DNA of 64,000 nucleotides from an uncultured Actinomycetes bacterium. GTDB lineage: Bacteria; Actinomycetota; Acidimicrobiia; IMCC26256; DASPTH01. The notes under the pieces were generated by a model. That model searched no databases. It saw only the letters and a program-made list of their open reading frames with translations, and was not told the DNA's origin. The stretch spans positions 8,183-72,182 of the forward strand of contig CAVRJC010000003.1 in NCBI GenBank assembly GCA_963721435.1, written 5' to 3'. Shown piece after piece: positions 34,484-43,769 of the stretch (its first letter is position 1; every line of letters starts with the position of its first letter). Made by a program: the position numbers and the translations under genes.

Positions 34484-35359
34484 TCAGAGCTCGGCCGACC
34501 AGTCGCGCTGCTCGAGCAGGTCACGGACGTGCGCGAGGAACGCCGACGCGGTGGTGAGGCCGACGACGCGGCCGTCGAACGCGAGCGCGAGCACGCCGAC
34601 GGGATGCACCGCGATCGTGTCCGTGCCGTCGTCGCCGGGCACGACCACCAGGCGCGGCCGCACCGCATCGGTCGCGAGGATCGCGACCTGCGGGATGTTG
34701 AGCACCGGGGCGGAGACGATCGTGCCGAACGGGCCGGGATTGGTGATGGTGAAGGTCCCGCCGGTGACGTCGTCCGGTTGCAGGCGCCGCTCACGCGCTC
34801 GTCGCGCGAGCTCTCCGATCCTCGACGAGAGCGCGCGGAGTCGCAGCGTGTGTGCGTCGTGCACGACGGGGACGACGAGGTCGACGTGGTCGAGGTCGAC
34901 GGCGATGCCGAGGTGGACCGGGTCGTGCGTCGTGATCTCCTCCCCGGAGACGGTCGCGTTGCAGAGAGGGAACTCGTCGAGCGCGTCGATCACCGCGCGG
35001 GCGACGAACGGGAGGTACGAGAGCCCGGCGGGGCGCCGGACGTCATCGACTCGTCGATAGTCGCACTCGACCATCACGTAGGTGTGCGCCGCGGATGCCT
35101 TGGCCTCGATGAGCCGGCGCGCGGTCGTGCGGCGGAGCGCGCTGAACGGCTCGATCGCGTCGCTGGACTGCGACAGCACGTCGTCGCGCGTGACCCGTCC
35201 GCCGCGCCCGGTGCCGTGCAGGCGCGACGGGTCGATGGCGCGGTCGGTCGTGAGACGACGCACCGCAGGAGAGAGGAACGACGGCCCGCCGCGCGTGCGC
35301 TCGGCCCGTTGCCGGGCGGGGAGTGGTGGTGCGGCGGCGAGATCGTCGGTGCCCGTCAT
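34484..35359 (-). CDS. 2-oxoacid dehydrogenase E2-like protein lacking a lipoyl domain and the catalytic DHRxxDG motif
   Basis: PSBD (LSPAVRRL..GTGRGGRVTRDDV), SYLPFVARA, GTFTITNPG, PQVAIL; FDGRVVGL at the active site; RBS GGAGGG. Confidence 0.85.
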   Translation of the reverse strand: MTGTDDLAAAPPLPARQRAERTRGGPSFLSPAVRRLTTDRAIDPSRLHGTGRGGRVTRDDVLSQSSDAIEPFSALRRTTARRLIEAKASAAHTYVMVECDYRRVDDVRRPAGLSYLPFVARAVIDALDEFPLCNATVSGEEITTHDPVHLGIAVDLDHVDLVVPVVHDAHTLRLRALSSRIGELARRARERRLQPDDVTGGTFTITNPGPFGTIVSAPVLNIPQVAILATDAVRPRLVVVPGDDGTDTIAVHPVGVLALAFDGRVVGLTTASAFLAHVRDLLEQRDWSAEL

Positions 35360-35409
35360 TGCCCTCCAGCGTCGCGCGTCGTCGTGGAGCCCACTCGTAT
35401 GCTGACGAC

Positions 35410-37521
35410 GTGTCTCTGTTCGACCGCATCACCGGGCACCACCACGGCGTGGCGCTCGCCGATGCGGTGGCCGACTTCCGACTCGGCTGCGTGTCGCGTG
35501 CGCTCGACGACCGGGAGATCACGCTCCGTCAGCAGAGCCGGGTGTTCTTCCAGATCTCGGGCGCGGGCCACGAGGCGCTGGGGCTCGGGCTCGCCCGCGA
35601 GCTCCGCTCCGGGTACGACTGGTTCTTCCCGTACTACCGCGACCGCGCGTTGGTGCTCGGGCTCGGCGTGTCGGCGCTCGACATCCTGCTGCAGGCGGTC
35701 GGCAGCGCGGACGATCCCGCGTCGGGCGGGCGGCAGATGCCGTGCCACTGGGGCGACCGTGAGCGCAACATCGTCACGCAGAGCAGCCCCACGGGGAGCC
35801 AGTGCCTGCCTGCGGTGGGATGTGCGGAGGCGTCGCGCTACATCGTGCGGCGGACGCTGCCCGGCTGCACCGCCTACGGCGACGAGGTCGTGTACGTCTC
35901 CCTCGGCGAGGGTGCGACGTCGGAAGGCGAGTTCTGGGAGAGCCTCAACACTGCGTGCCGGCTCGGGTTGCCGGTGCTCTACGTCGTCGCCGACAACGGC
36001 TACGCGATCTCCGTCCGGGCCACCGATCAGGCGCCCGCGCCGATCTCGACGCTCGTGCGGGGCTTCACGGGCCTGCACGTCACGAAGCTCGACGGGCGCG
36101 ACTACTTCGACGTGCGCCGCAAGGGCGCGGAGGCGATCCAGCGGGTGCGGGCCGGCCAGGGCCCGGGCCTGATCCACGCGACCGTCACCCGGCCGTACTC
36201 CCACTCACTGTCCGACGACCAGAGCAAGTACCGCACGCACGGTGAGCTCGTCGACGAGCAAGAGCACGATCCGCTGCTCGTGCTCGAGCAGGAGCTGATC
36301 CGCGCCGGCGCGCTCACGCAGGAAGAGGCGAACGAGATCCGCGAGCACGCACGCGCGGAAGTTGCCCAGGCCGCAGTCGACGCGCTCGCCGCGCCGCGAC
36401 CCGACCCTGTGCGCGTGACCGAGCATCTGTACGCGCCGCCCACGGTCACCGAGCTCCCCGCCGACCCGGTGCCGCCGGTGGCCGACGACGGCTCCGAGCC
36501 CGAGCTGGTGACGTTCGGCGAGGCGATCCACCGCACACTGCACGAGGAGATGGCGCGCGACGAGCGCATCGTCGTGTTCGGCGAGGACGTCGCCGACGCC
36601 GACCCGTCCGCCCTCGACGCGGTGCCGGGCAAGGGTGGCGTGTTCGGGATCACGTTCGGCCTGCAGCGCGAGTTCGGGCAGGCCCGCTGCTACAACACGC
36701 CGCTCGCGGAGTCGAACATCGTCGGGCGTGCCGTGGGGCAGGGCATCCGCGGGCTGCGGCCCTCACCGGAGATCCAGTTCTTCGACTACATCTGGCCCGC
36801 GATGCAGCAGCTCCGCTCCGAGGCTGCGACCATCCGCTGGCGGAGCAACGGCGCGTTCTCGAGCCCGATGGTGCTGCGCGTTCCCATCGGCGGGTACCTC
36901 ACAGGCGGGGCGATCTGGCACTCGCAGTGCGGCGAGTCGATCTTCGCGCACTGCCCCGGGTTGCAGATCGTGTTCCCGTCACGCGCGCGCGACGCCGCGG
37001 GCCTGTTGCGCACCGCGTTCCGCACCGACGACCCCGTCCTCTTCCTCGAGCACAAGCACCTGTACCGCCAGGGTCACGCGCGCGACCCGATGCCGCCCGC
37101 CGACTGGCTGCTGCCGTTCGGCCGGGGCGCGCTCGTGACGCAGGGGAGCGCGGTCACCGTCGTCACGTGGGGTGCGACGGTGCGCGAGGCGGTGCTCGCA
37201 GCGCGTGAGGTCGATCCGGATGGCGGCGCGGTCGAGATCATCGACCTGCGCACGATCGTGCCGTGGGACCAGCAGATCGTCGCCGAGTCGGTGGCGCGCA
37301 CCGGCCGTGTGCTGGTGTTGCACGAAGACACGCTCACGTGCGGCTTCGGCGCGGAGATCGCCGCGTGGATCGCCGACGAGTGCTTCGAGGACCTCGACGC
37401 GCCTGTGCTCCGCCTCGCCGCGCTCGACACGCCCGTCGGCTACGAGCCCACCCTCGAAGCCGCCGTGCTCCCACAAGTCGCCGACATCACCCGCGACCTC
37501 CGCCACCTCCTCGCGTACTGA
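35410..37521 (+). CDS. Fused alpha/beta 2-oxoacid dehydrogenase E1 (branched-chain type)
   Basis: GEGATSEG...DNGYAIS ThDP motif, HSLSDD..YR, GEDV, NTPLAE, EIQFFDY, HSQ. Confidence 0.9.
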   Translation: MSLFDRITGHHHGVALADAVADFRLGCVSRALDDREITLRQQSRVFFQISGAGHEALGLGLARELRSGYDWFFPYYRDRALVLGLGVSALDILLQAVGSADDPASGGRQMPCHWGDRERNIVTQSSPTGSQCLPAVGCAEASRYIVRRTLPGCTAYGDEVVYVSLGEGATSEGEFWESLNTACRLGLPVLYVVADNGYAISVRATDQAPAPISTLVRGFTGLHVTKLDGRDYFDVRRKGAEAIQRVRAGQGPGLIHATVTRPYSHSLSDDQSKYRTHGELVDEQEHDPLLVLEQELIRAGALTQEEANEIREHARAEVAQAAVDALAAPRPDPVRVTEHLYAPPTVTELPADPVPPVADDGSEPELVTFGEAIHRTLHEEMARDERIVVFGEDVADADPSALDAVPGKGGVFGITFGLQREFGQARCYNTPLAESNIVGRAVGQGIRGLRPSPEIQFFDYIWPAMQQLRSEAATIRWRSNGAFSSPMVLRVPIGGYLTGGAIWHSQCGESIFAHCPGLQIVFPSRARDAAGLLRTAFRTDDPVLFLEHKHLYRQGHARDPMPPADWLLPFGRGALVTQGSAVTVVTWGATVREAVLAAREVDPDGGAVEIIDLRTIVPWDQQIVAESVARTGRVLVLHEDTLTCGFGAEIAAWIADECFEDLDAPVLRLAALDTPVGYEPTLEAAVLPQVADITRDLRHLLAY

Positions 37522-37711
37522 ACGAGCCGGCGCCCGCGAGCACAGGTCGACGGCGCGACGGTGCACTGGCAGTTGGGGCGCTGCTGAGTCAAGGTCGAGT
37601 AGCCCGAGAAACTCCTCGACAAGGACCCTTCTTGACCGCGATCACCCGTAGAACGGCGGTTCCGGCGTGGACGTGCCCGACGGGTCGGCGCCAGGATCCG
37701 ATCCGCGATGA

Positions 37712-38071
37712 TCATACGAAATGGCGTTGGAGGAGCAGTTCGAGTGCGGCACGTTCTGTCACGTCGAGGTCCACGAACTCGGCGCCCACTCGGAGTATCT
37801 CTTGGCCCGCGCTGATGTTGCGGATCTCACCGTAAAACACGATGCCGTTCGGCTGACCCTCGGCGTTCAGCAAACGAAAGGTGATCCGACAGCCGACAGC
37901 GGCAGCCGGTGGCGCGGCATCGACGAAGTCGAGGCCGACACCCATCAAAGACACGTCGATGAGCCGACACGGCCGCCACGTGCTGTCTGTGCCCGCGATC
38001 GTGTACTCGGCAACCCGACGTGATGGGTCACGTGCGCTGCGACGCCGCCGTCCTTCGATCGATCCCGACAC
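37712..38071 (-). CDS. Stand-alone PilZ-domain protein
   Basis: RRSAR (RxxxR) and DVSLMG (DxSxxG); GGAGG RBS. Confidence 0.8.
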   Translation of the reverse strand: MSGSIEGRRRRSARDPSRRVAEYTIAGTDSTWRPCRLIDVSLMGVGLDFVDAAPPAAAVGCRITFRLLNAEGQPNGIVFYGEIRNISAGQEILRVGAEFVDLDVTERAALELLLQRHFV

Positions 38072-38187
38072 GGTGCCTCCGTCGTTGGCGTTCGTCTCAA
38101 GGATTCGTCACCGCGGGCGCTCCGCTTGAGGCCACCGAGTTGCACCCGCGACTTCAACACGGGATCGACGACAACCAGCCTGTTTCC

Positions 38188-38214
38188 TAAGGGTCGCGGC
38201 TGAGGTGTCGATAT
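38188..38214 (+). promoter_or_regulatory. Putative sigma28 (FliA/WhiG-family) promoter
   Basis: TAAG-N15-GTCGATAT versus consensus TAAA-N15-GCCGATAA/T. Confidence 0.55.
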
Positions 38215-38239
38215 CCCTGGGGACGGGCGGAGGTGTCCG

Positions 38240-38596
38240 GTGGGCCGAACGGAATCACGAAGCGTTGGTCGCCAGCAGATCGAAAGACTTCCGGACGGCT
38301 GGATCGCGCGCTACGCGATCGAGGGGCACCCGGGATGGTCGGAGTGCCGTGTGACCGACCTGTCAGCCCGTGGCGCGCGCCTCGAACTCCACGGAGCGCG
38401 ACCGACTGCAACCGACCGTGTCATCCTCGACTTTCAACTCGGTGACGGTGGAATGCTGGGAGTCCAGTTGTGCGGACAGATCAAGCACACCCGCGCCGAA
38501 CCAGAACCCATAGCAGGGATCGAGTTCGTGCACCTCGACTCTCTGAGAACTGCCCTGGTCGAGTTGCTCACCGAACAACAATCCCGCTTGCCATAA
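38240..38596 (+). CDS. Stand-alone PilZ-domain protein
   Basis: RSVGR and DLSARG; GIEF C-terminal strand; GGAGG RBS. Confidence 0.75.
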   Translation: MGRTESRSVGRQQIERLPDGWIARYAIEGHPGWSECRVTDLSARGARLELHGARPTATDRVILDFQLGDGGMLGVQLCGQIKHTRAEPEPIAGIEFVHLDSLRTALVELLTEQQSRLP

Positions 38597-38722
38597 CCCC
38601 CACATCACAGCGACATCCGCGCCAGATTGCCCAGTGAGCACTGGAGCGCGTGCGCACGCCCGACATGGCAGCCCGACGTATCACGGTGAACCAGCGATTC
38701 CACGTTCGCGGGCAGGCGTCTG

Positions 38723-38830
38723 TCAGGTGGGGAACCAGCCGAGGACATCGACGATGACGTGCGTCGCGCCCGCGTGGTTGTAGATCGAGATCTGGCCGTT
38801 GGTGCCGACTTGGGCGATGACCATGTTCGG
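38723..38830 (-). pseudogene. C-terminal fragment of a repeat domain typical of actinobacterial secreted/cell-surface proteins
   Basis: PNMVIAQVGTNGQISIYNHAGATHVIVDVLGWFPT*; the upstream codons do not continue the domain. Confidence 0.55.
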
Positions 38831-38974
38831 CCGTCGAATTCGAAGGGCACCGAACGATTCACGCGCTCGCTGAACGGGGAGCGGTGGTCGACATGCACGC
38901 GAGCAGGAGGCCATCCGGGCGGAGCCAGTCGCGGATGCGTGCAAGCGGCGCGGCGTGCTCGGGCATCGCGTGGG

Positions 38975-39719
38975 CTAGGTCGCGAGGTGGCGGCCGAAGA
39001 AGTCCCAGATCTTCAGCCAGCCGTCGTTGGCCGCAGCGACGTTGAAGTTCGGGCGGTCGACACTGAAGAACGCGTGCCCGGCGTCCTCGTAGGTGTGGAA
39101 CTCATACTCCTTGCCGTGCTGTTGCAGCGCGCCTTGGATGCGCGCGAGTCTGCTCGGGTGACGGGTTGCCGTCGTTGGCGCCGAAGAGGCCGAGAAGTGG
39201 GCAAGACAGCGAGGCGGTGAGCTCGACGACCGCGGGCGGCGACTCGGGCGTGACGTCCTCGGGCGCAGGCGCGACCCGTCCGCCGTAGCAGTCGACGGCC
39301 GCGTCGAACGGGAGGCTGCACGCGACGAGGTACGATTGGCGTCCGCCGGAGCAATACCCGATCACGCCGACCTTGCCGTTCGCGGTGGTCATCGACCGCA
39401 GGAACGCGCTGGCGCCGGCGACATCGCCGATGCACTGCTCGTCGGGGACGCCGCCGCCTTCGCGTGTGAGCCGCGCCGCCTCGCCGGGATCGCCGTCGGG
39501 CAACGCTCGGTAGTGCAGGTTCGGGCAGAGCGCGTTGTAGCCGCGCGTCGCGAACGTGCGTGTGATCTCCTTCGTCGCCGCGTCGTACCCGGGCATGTGG
39601 TGGATCACGACGACGCCCGGGAACGGGCCCGGTCCGAGTGGCCGCGCGAGGTAGCCGGTGATCTCGTCGCTGCCGTGCCCGCGCAGCCGGATCGTCTCCG
39701 CCATCATCCCGTCGTACAT
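38975..39719 (-). CDS. Dienelactone hydrolase family protein (apparent -1 frameshift near 39148)
   Basis: GVVVIHH, GYCSGG, GANDGNP; the C-terminus YEDAGHAFF lies in another frame. Confidence 0.88.
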
Positions 39720-39893
39720 GCGGCCTCCTCTTCGACCGTGGGAGCGTACGGCAAGCTCCCCGACCGTGGCGACTGACTCGGAGAGGCCGGCGGTGGGGTG
39801 GTTCGGGAGTGTCGTGATCGACGCGGTCGATCCGCAGGCGCTGCCCGCCAGGAATCCGAGGCGCGCCGCTCGCACGATTTACGATCCTGCACC

Positions 39894-40664
39894 ATGAAGA
39901 TCGCGGTGAGTGTGAAGCACGTGCCGGCCGGGCGCCTCGGTATCGCGCCCGGCTCGTTGCGCCTGGATCGCAGCGGCCCCGGTGAGCTCAACGACGTCGA
40001 CCGGAACGCGATCGAAGCGGCGCTGAACCTGAAGGGTGACGGGGGCCACGAAGTGGTCATCGTGTCGATGGGCCCGGAGTCGGCGACCGAGTCGTTGCGG
40101 ACGGCGCTGGCGATGGGGGCGGATCGTGCGGTCCTGGTGAGTGACCCGGCGGTCGCGGGGTCGGATCTGGTGGCGACGAGCAAGGTGCTCGCGGCGGTGC
40201 TCGCACGTGAGGGCGCGGATCTCGTGTTGTTCGGTCAGCAGACGAGTGACGGCGGTGGTGCGGTGCTGTGGGCCGCGGTCGCCGATCGGTTGCGCATCCC
40301 GTTCGTGTCGCAGGCCGCGGAGCTCACGGTCGACGGCGAGACGGTGCGCGTCGTGCGGGAGACCGAGAACGGCTACGACGAGATCGAAGCACGGGTGCCG
40401 GCGCTCGTCGCGGTGAGTGACGCGATCAACGAGCCGCGCTACACGTCGTTGAAGGGGATGATGGGCGCCAAGAAGAAGCCGCTCGAGGTGTTGACGCTCG
40501 CGGATCTCGGGCTCGATGCGGGTGAGGCGGGTGACGCGGGATCGGGAACGCGTGTGCTCGGGCTCTCGGCCCCACCGACTCGGGCGAACTCGGTGACGGT
40601 CGAGGACGACGGCAACGCGGCTCGAGCGATCTTCGACTTCCTGGTGGAGCAGCAGCTCGTATGA
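39894..40664 (+). CDS. etfB: Electron transfer flavoprotein beta subunit
   Basis: MKIAVSVKHVP, AIEAAL, ALAMGAD, NEPRY. Confidence 0.93.
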   Translation: MKIAVSVKHVPAGRLGIAPGSLRLDRSGPGELNDVDRNAIEAALNLKGDGGHEVVIVSMGPESATESLRTALAMGADRAVLVSDPAVAGSDLVATSKVLAAVLAREGADLVLFGQQTSDGGGAVLWAAVADRLRIPFVSQAAELTVDGETVRVVRETENGYDEIEARVPALVAVSDAINEPRYTSLKGMMGAKKKPLEVLTLADLGLDAGEAGDAGSGTRVLGLSAPPTRANSVTVEDDGNAARAIFDFLVEQQLV

Positions 40665-41632
40665 AGATCCTCGTCTTCCTCGAGCATCACGGCAGTGAGC
40701 TGACCAAGGGATCGCTCGGTGTCCTCGCGAAGGCTGTCGCGCTGGGCGGCGGCGATGTCGCCGCGGTGCTCGTCGGTGGTGACGACGTCGCGGCACTCGC
40801 GGGTGAGGCGGGGAAGTTCGGTGCCGCGTCGGTCTACGTCGCCACCGACGACGCGTTGAGTCCGCCGCTGCCGCAACCGCGGGTCGACGTGCTCGATGCG
40901 TTGGTCCGTGCCCAGGGCTTCGACACCGTGATGTTCTCCAACTCCGTGCTCGCGGCCGATGTCGCCGCCGGCCTGGCGGCGCGGCTCGAGGCCGGTCTCA
41001 ACTGGGATCTCATCGACCTCGTGGAGCAGGACGGCGAGCTCGTCGGGAAGCGCCCCGCGCTCCAGGACTCCGTGCTCGTCGACGTCGCGTGGCGCTCGCC
41101 GCAGCGGCTCGCGCTGTTCCGCACCGGTTCGTTCGACGCCGTGAGCACTGGCGGCGACGCGCGGGTCGAGACGCTCGGCGTCGAGCTGCAGGACCACTCG
41201 ACCGGCGCGACGATCGTGAGCCAGGAGCTCGCGGCGAGCGAGGGCCCGTCGATCGAGGATGCGGAGGTGATCGTCGCCGGCGGTATCGGCCTCGGCTCCG
41301 CGGAGAACTTCTCCCTCGCCGAGACCCTCGCCGAGATCCTGGGCGGCGCGGTCGGCGCGACGCGCGCGGTCGTGTACAAGGGCTGGTACCCGCACGCGGC
41401 GCAGGTCGGTCAGACCGGCAAGACGGTCACGCCGAAGCTGTACATCGCGTTGGGGATCTCGGGCGCGGTGCAACACAAGGTCGGCATGCAGAACTCGAAG
41501 GTGATCGTCGCGATCAACAAGGACCCGAACGCGCCGATCTTCGAGTTCAGCGACCTCGCGGTCGTCGGCGACGTGCATACGATCGTGCCCGAACTCGTCG
41601 AGCTCCTCCGCGCCCGCAAGAGCTCGTCGTGA
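40661..41632 (+). CDS. etfA: Electron transfer flavoprotein alpha subunit
   Basis: QVGQTGK, GISGAVQHKVGM, AINKDPNAPIF. Confidence 0.95.
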   Translation: MKILVFLEHHGSELTKGSLGVLAKAVALGGGDVAAVLVGGDDVAALAGEAGKFGAASVYVATDDALSPPLPQPRVDVLDALVRAQGFDTVMFSNSVLAADVAAGLAARLEAGLNWDLIDLVEQDGELVGKRPALQDSVLVDVAWRSPQRLALFRTGSFDAVSTGGDARVETLGVELQDHSTGATIVSQELAASEGPSIEDAEVIVAGGIGLGSAENFSLAETLAEILGGAVGATRAVVYKGWYPHAAQVGQTGKTVTPKLYIALGISGAVQHKVGMQNSKVIVAINKDPNAPIFEFSDLAVVGDVHTIVPELVELLRARKSSS

Positions 41633-43317
41633 CCCGCCCGGCCAACTACCCGCCGCCGTTCACCGCCGGCGAGTTCGTCGCCGAGCCCACCGATCCTGTC
41701 GACGAGCGGATCGAGGTCGGTGTCCTCGTGGTCGGTGCCGGGCCCGCGGGCCTCGCGTGCGCGATCCGCTTCGGGCAGCTCCTCGAGGAGAACCCCGAGG
41801 TCGCCGAACAACTCGGCGAGGTGCCCCTGGCCGTCGTCGAGAAGGGGAAGCAGCCGGGTTCGCACCTCCTGTCGGGCGCGATCGTCAACCCCCGGTCGCT
41901 GCGCACGCTCCTCGGTGACGACGCACTCGCCGACATGCCGAGCTACGGACCGGTCCCGAAGGAGTCCGTGTACCTCCTCACCGGCACGCGTGCCGTTCCG
42001 ATCCCGCCGCCGCCGACCATGCGGAACCACGGCAACCTGATCGTCTCGTTGTCGGACCTCGGCCGCTGGCTCGCCGCGCGCGCCGAGGACGGCGGGGCGA
42101 TGATCCTGCCCGAGACCGCGGCGCAGGCCCTGCTGGTGGACGACGGGCGCGTCGTCGGCGTGCGCACCGGCGACAAGGGTCGCGGGAGCGACGGCGAGGC
42201 GCTCGGCAACTTCGAGCCGGGGTCCGACATCGTCGCCCGGGTGACGGTGCTGGCCGAGGGCACCCAGGGCCATCTCACCGGCGTGGCGCTCGACCAGCTC
42301 GATCTCCGCGGCGACGACCCGCAGGTGTGGGAGCTCGGGGTCAAGGAGGTGTGGAAGGTCCCGCAGCCGCTCGACCGCATCATCCACACCATGGGGTGGC
42401 CGCTGCGCCCGCAGGCGAGGTACCGCGAGTTCGGCGGCTCGTTCATCTACCCCATGGGCGACGACATGCTGAGCATCGGCATGGTCGTCGGCCTCGACTA
42501 CCGCGACCCCACGCTGTCGCCGCACGACCTCCTGCAGCAGCTGAAGACCCATCCGAAGATCCGCCCGCTGCTCGACGGTGGGGAGCGCCTCGAGTGGGGG
42601 GCGAAGACCATCCCGGGCGGGGGACACCACGCGTTGCCGAAGCGCTTGTACGCGCCGGGGCTCCTGCTCTCCGGTGACGGCGCGGGCATGGTCAACATCC
42701 CCACGCTCAAGGGCGTGCACTACGCGATCGAGGCCGGGCGACTCGCGGCCGAGACCGCATTCGCCGCGCTCGCGCGCGCCGACGAATCTCCGACCGCGCT
42801 CGCGGCGTACGACGACGCGGTGCGATCCGGCTTCATCGGGAAGGACCTCTACGAGGTGCGTGACATGCGCGCCGCGTTCGGTCGCGGCTTCGTGGTCGGT
42901 GCGGCGTGCGCCGGCGCGATGTCACTCTCGAAGGGTCGCATCAACATCGGTCGTATGCGGAACGTTGCCGACGACGCGCACGAGTTGCTACCGGTCGATC
43001 ACACCGCGCAGCACCTCACGCACGACGGGACGCTCACCTTCGACCGGCTCTCGTCGGTGTTCGCAGCGGGGAACAAGACGCGCGACGACCAACCGAATCA
43101 CATCCGGATCCAGCAGCGCGTCCCCACCGACGTCGCGCAGCTGTGGGCGCACCTCTGCCCGGCGCAGGTCTACTCGGTCGGCGCTGCAGGCGACGACGGT
43201 CTCGTGGCCGTCGACATCGAGCCGTCGAATTGCGTGCAGTGTGGCGCGATCTCCGCGAAGGGCGGGCGCCTGACGCCACCCGAAGGTGGCTCCGGCCCCG
43301 AGTACTTGCGGAGCTGA
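41629..43317 (+). CDS. ETF:quinone oxidoreductase (FixC-FixX fusion type)
   Basis: GAGPAG, SHLLSGA, LGVKEVW, GDGAG...LKGVHYA, CPAQVY, NCVQCG, PPEGGSGP. Confidence 0.88.
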   Translation: MTRPANYPPPFTAGEFVAEPTDPVDERIEVGVLVVGAGPAGLACAIRFGQLLEENPEVAEQLGEVPLAVVEKGKQPGSHLLSGAIVNPRSLRTLLGDDALADMPSYGPVPKESVYLLTGTRAVPIPPPPTMRNHGNLIVSLSDLGRWLAARAEDGGAMILPETAAQALLVDDGRVVGVRTGDKGRGSDGEALGNFEPGSDIVARVTVLAEGTQGHLTGVALDQLDLRGDDPQVWELGVKEVWKVPQPLDRIIHTMGWPLRPQARYREFGGSFIYPMGDDMLSIGMVVGLDYRDPTLSPHDLLQQLKTHPKIRPLLDGGERLEWGAKTIPGGGHHALPKRLYAPGLLLSGDGAGMVNIPTLKGVHYAIEAGRLAAETAFAALARADESPTALAAYDDAVRSGFIGKDLYEVRDMRAAFGRGFVVGAACAGAMSLSKGRINIGRMRNVADDAHELLPVDHTAQHLTHDGTLTFDRLSSVFAAGNKTRDDQPNHIRIQQRVPTDVAQLWAHLCPAQVYSVGAAGDDGLVAVDIEPSNCVQCGAISAKGGRLTPPEGGSGPEYLRS

Positions 43318-43326
43318 GGCGCAGAA

Positions 43327-43764
43327 CTACTGAGGCGTGAGGTCGAGGTCCTGCGGCGGGTCGGCGGGCATCTGCCAGCGCAGGAAGCCCTTGTCGTACT
43401 TCTCGTGGTACGCGTTGGCTTCGTCGATCATCTTCGCGTACGACGTCTCGAAGCTGCCCCAGTCTTCGGTCTCGATGCACGTGCGAATCGTCGCGACGAT
43501 GCCCGAGATGAACTCGTCCATGTCGTCGGAGTACTTCGGGCGCAGGATGGCGCCCTTCTCCATGAGGTTGACGGCCTCGGAGAGCTGGAACCGGGCCAGC
43601 GGCGCGTTGCCGGCCTTCCCCGCGTAGTAGCACTTCCAGATGCGCTCGCCGACGAGCGGCATGATCTCGGCCATCCCGGGTAACAGGTGACCCAGGTCGC
43701 TCAGATCGAAGGAACCGCCCTTGATCTTGATCTCGTGGTCGTGGTCGGCATCGTGATCAGACAT
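43327..43764 (-). CDS. Hypothetical helical protein resembling cytochrome c'-like bundles without CxxCH
   Basis: MAEIM..IWKCYYAGKAGNAPLARFQL...ANAYH; no signal peptide. Confidence 0.5.
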   Translation of the reverse strand: MSDHDADHDHEIKIKGGSFDLSDLGHLLPGMAEIMPLVGERIWKCYYAGKAGNAPLARFQLSEAVNLMEKGAILRPKYSDDMDEFISGIVATIRTCIETEDWGSFETSYAKMIDEANAYHEKYDKGFLRWQMPADPPQDLDLTPQ

Positions 43765-43769
43765 CGTCG

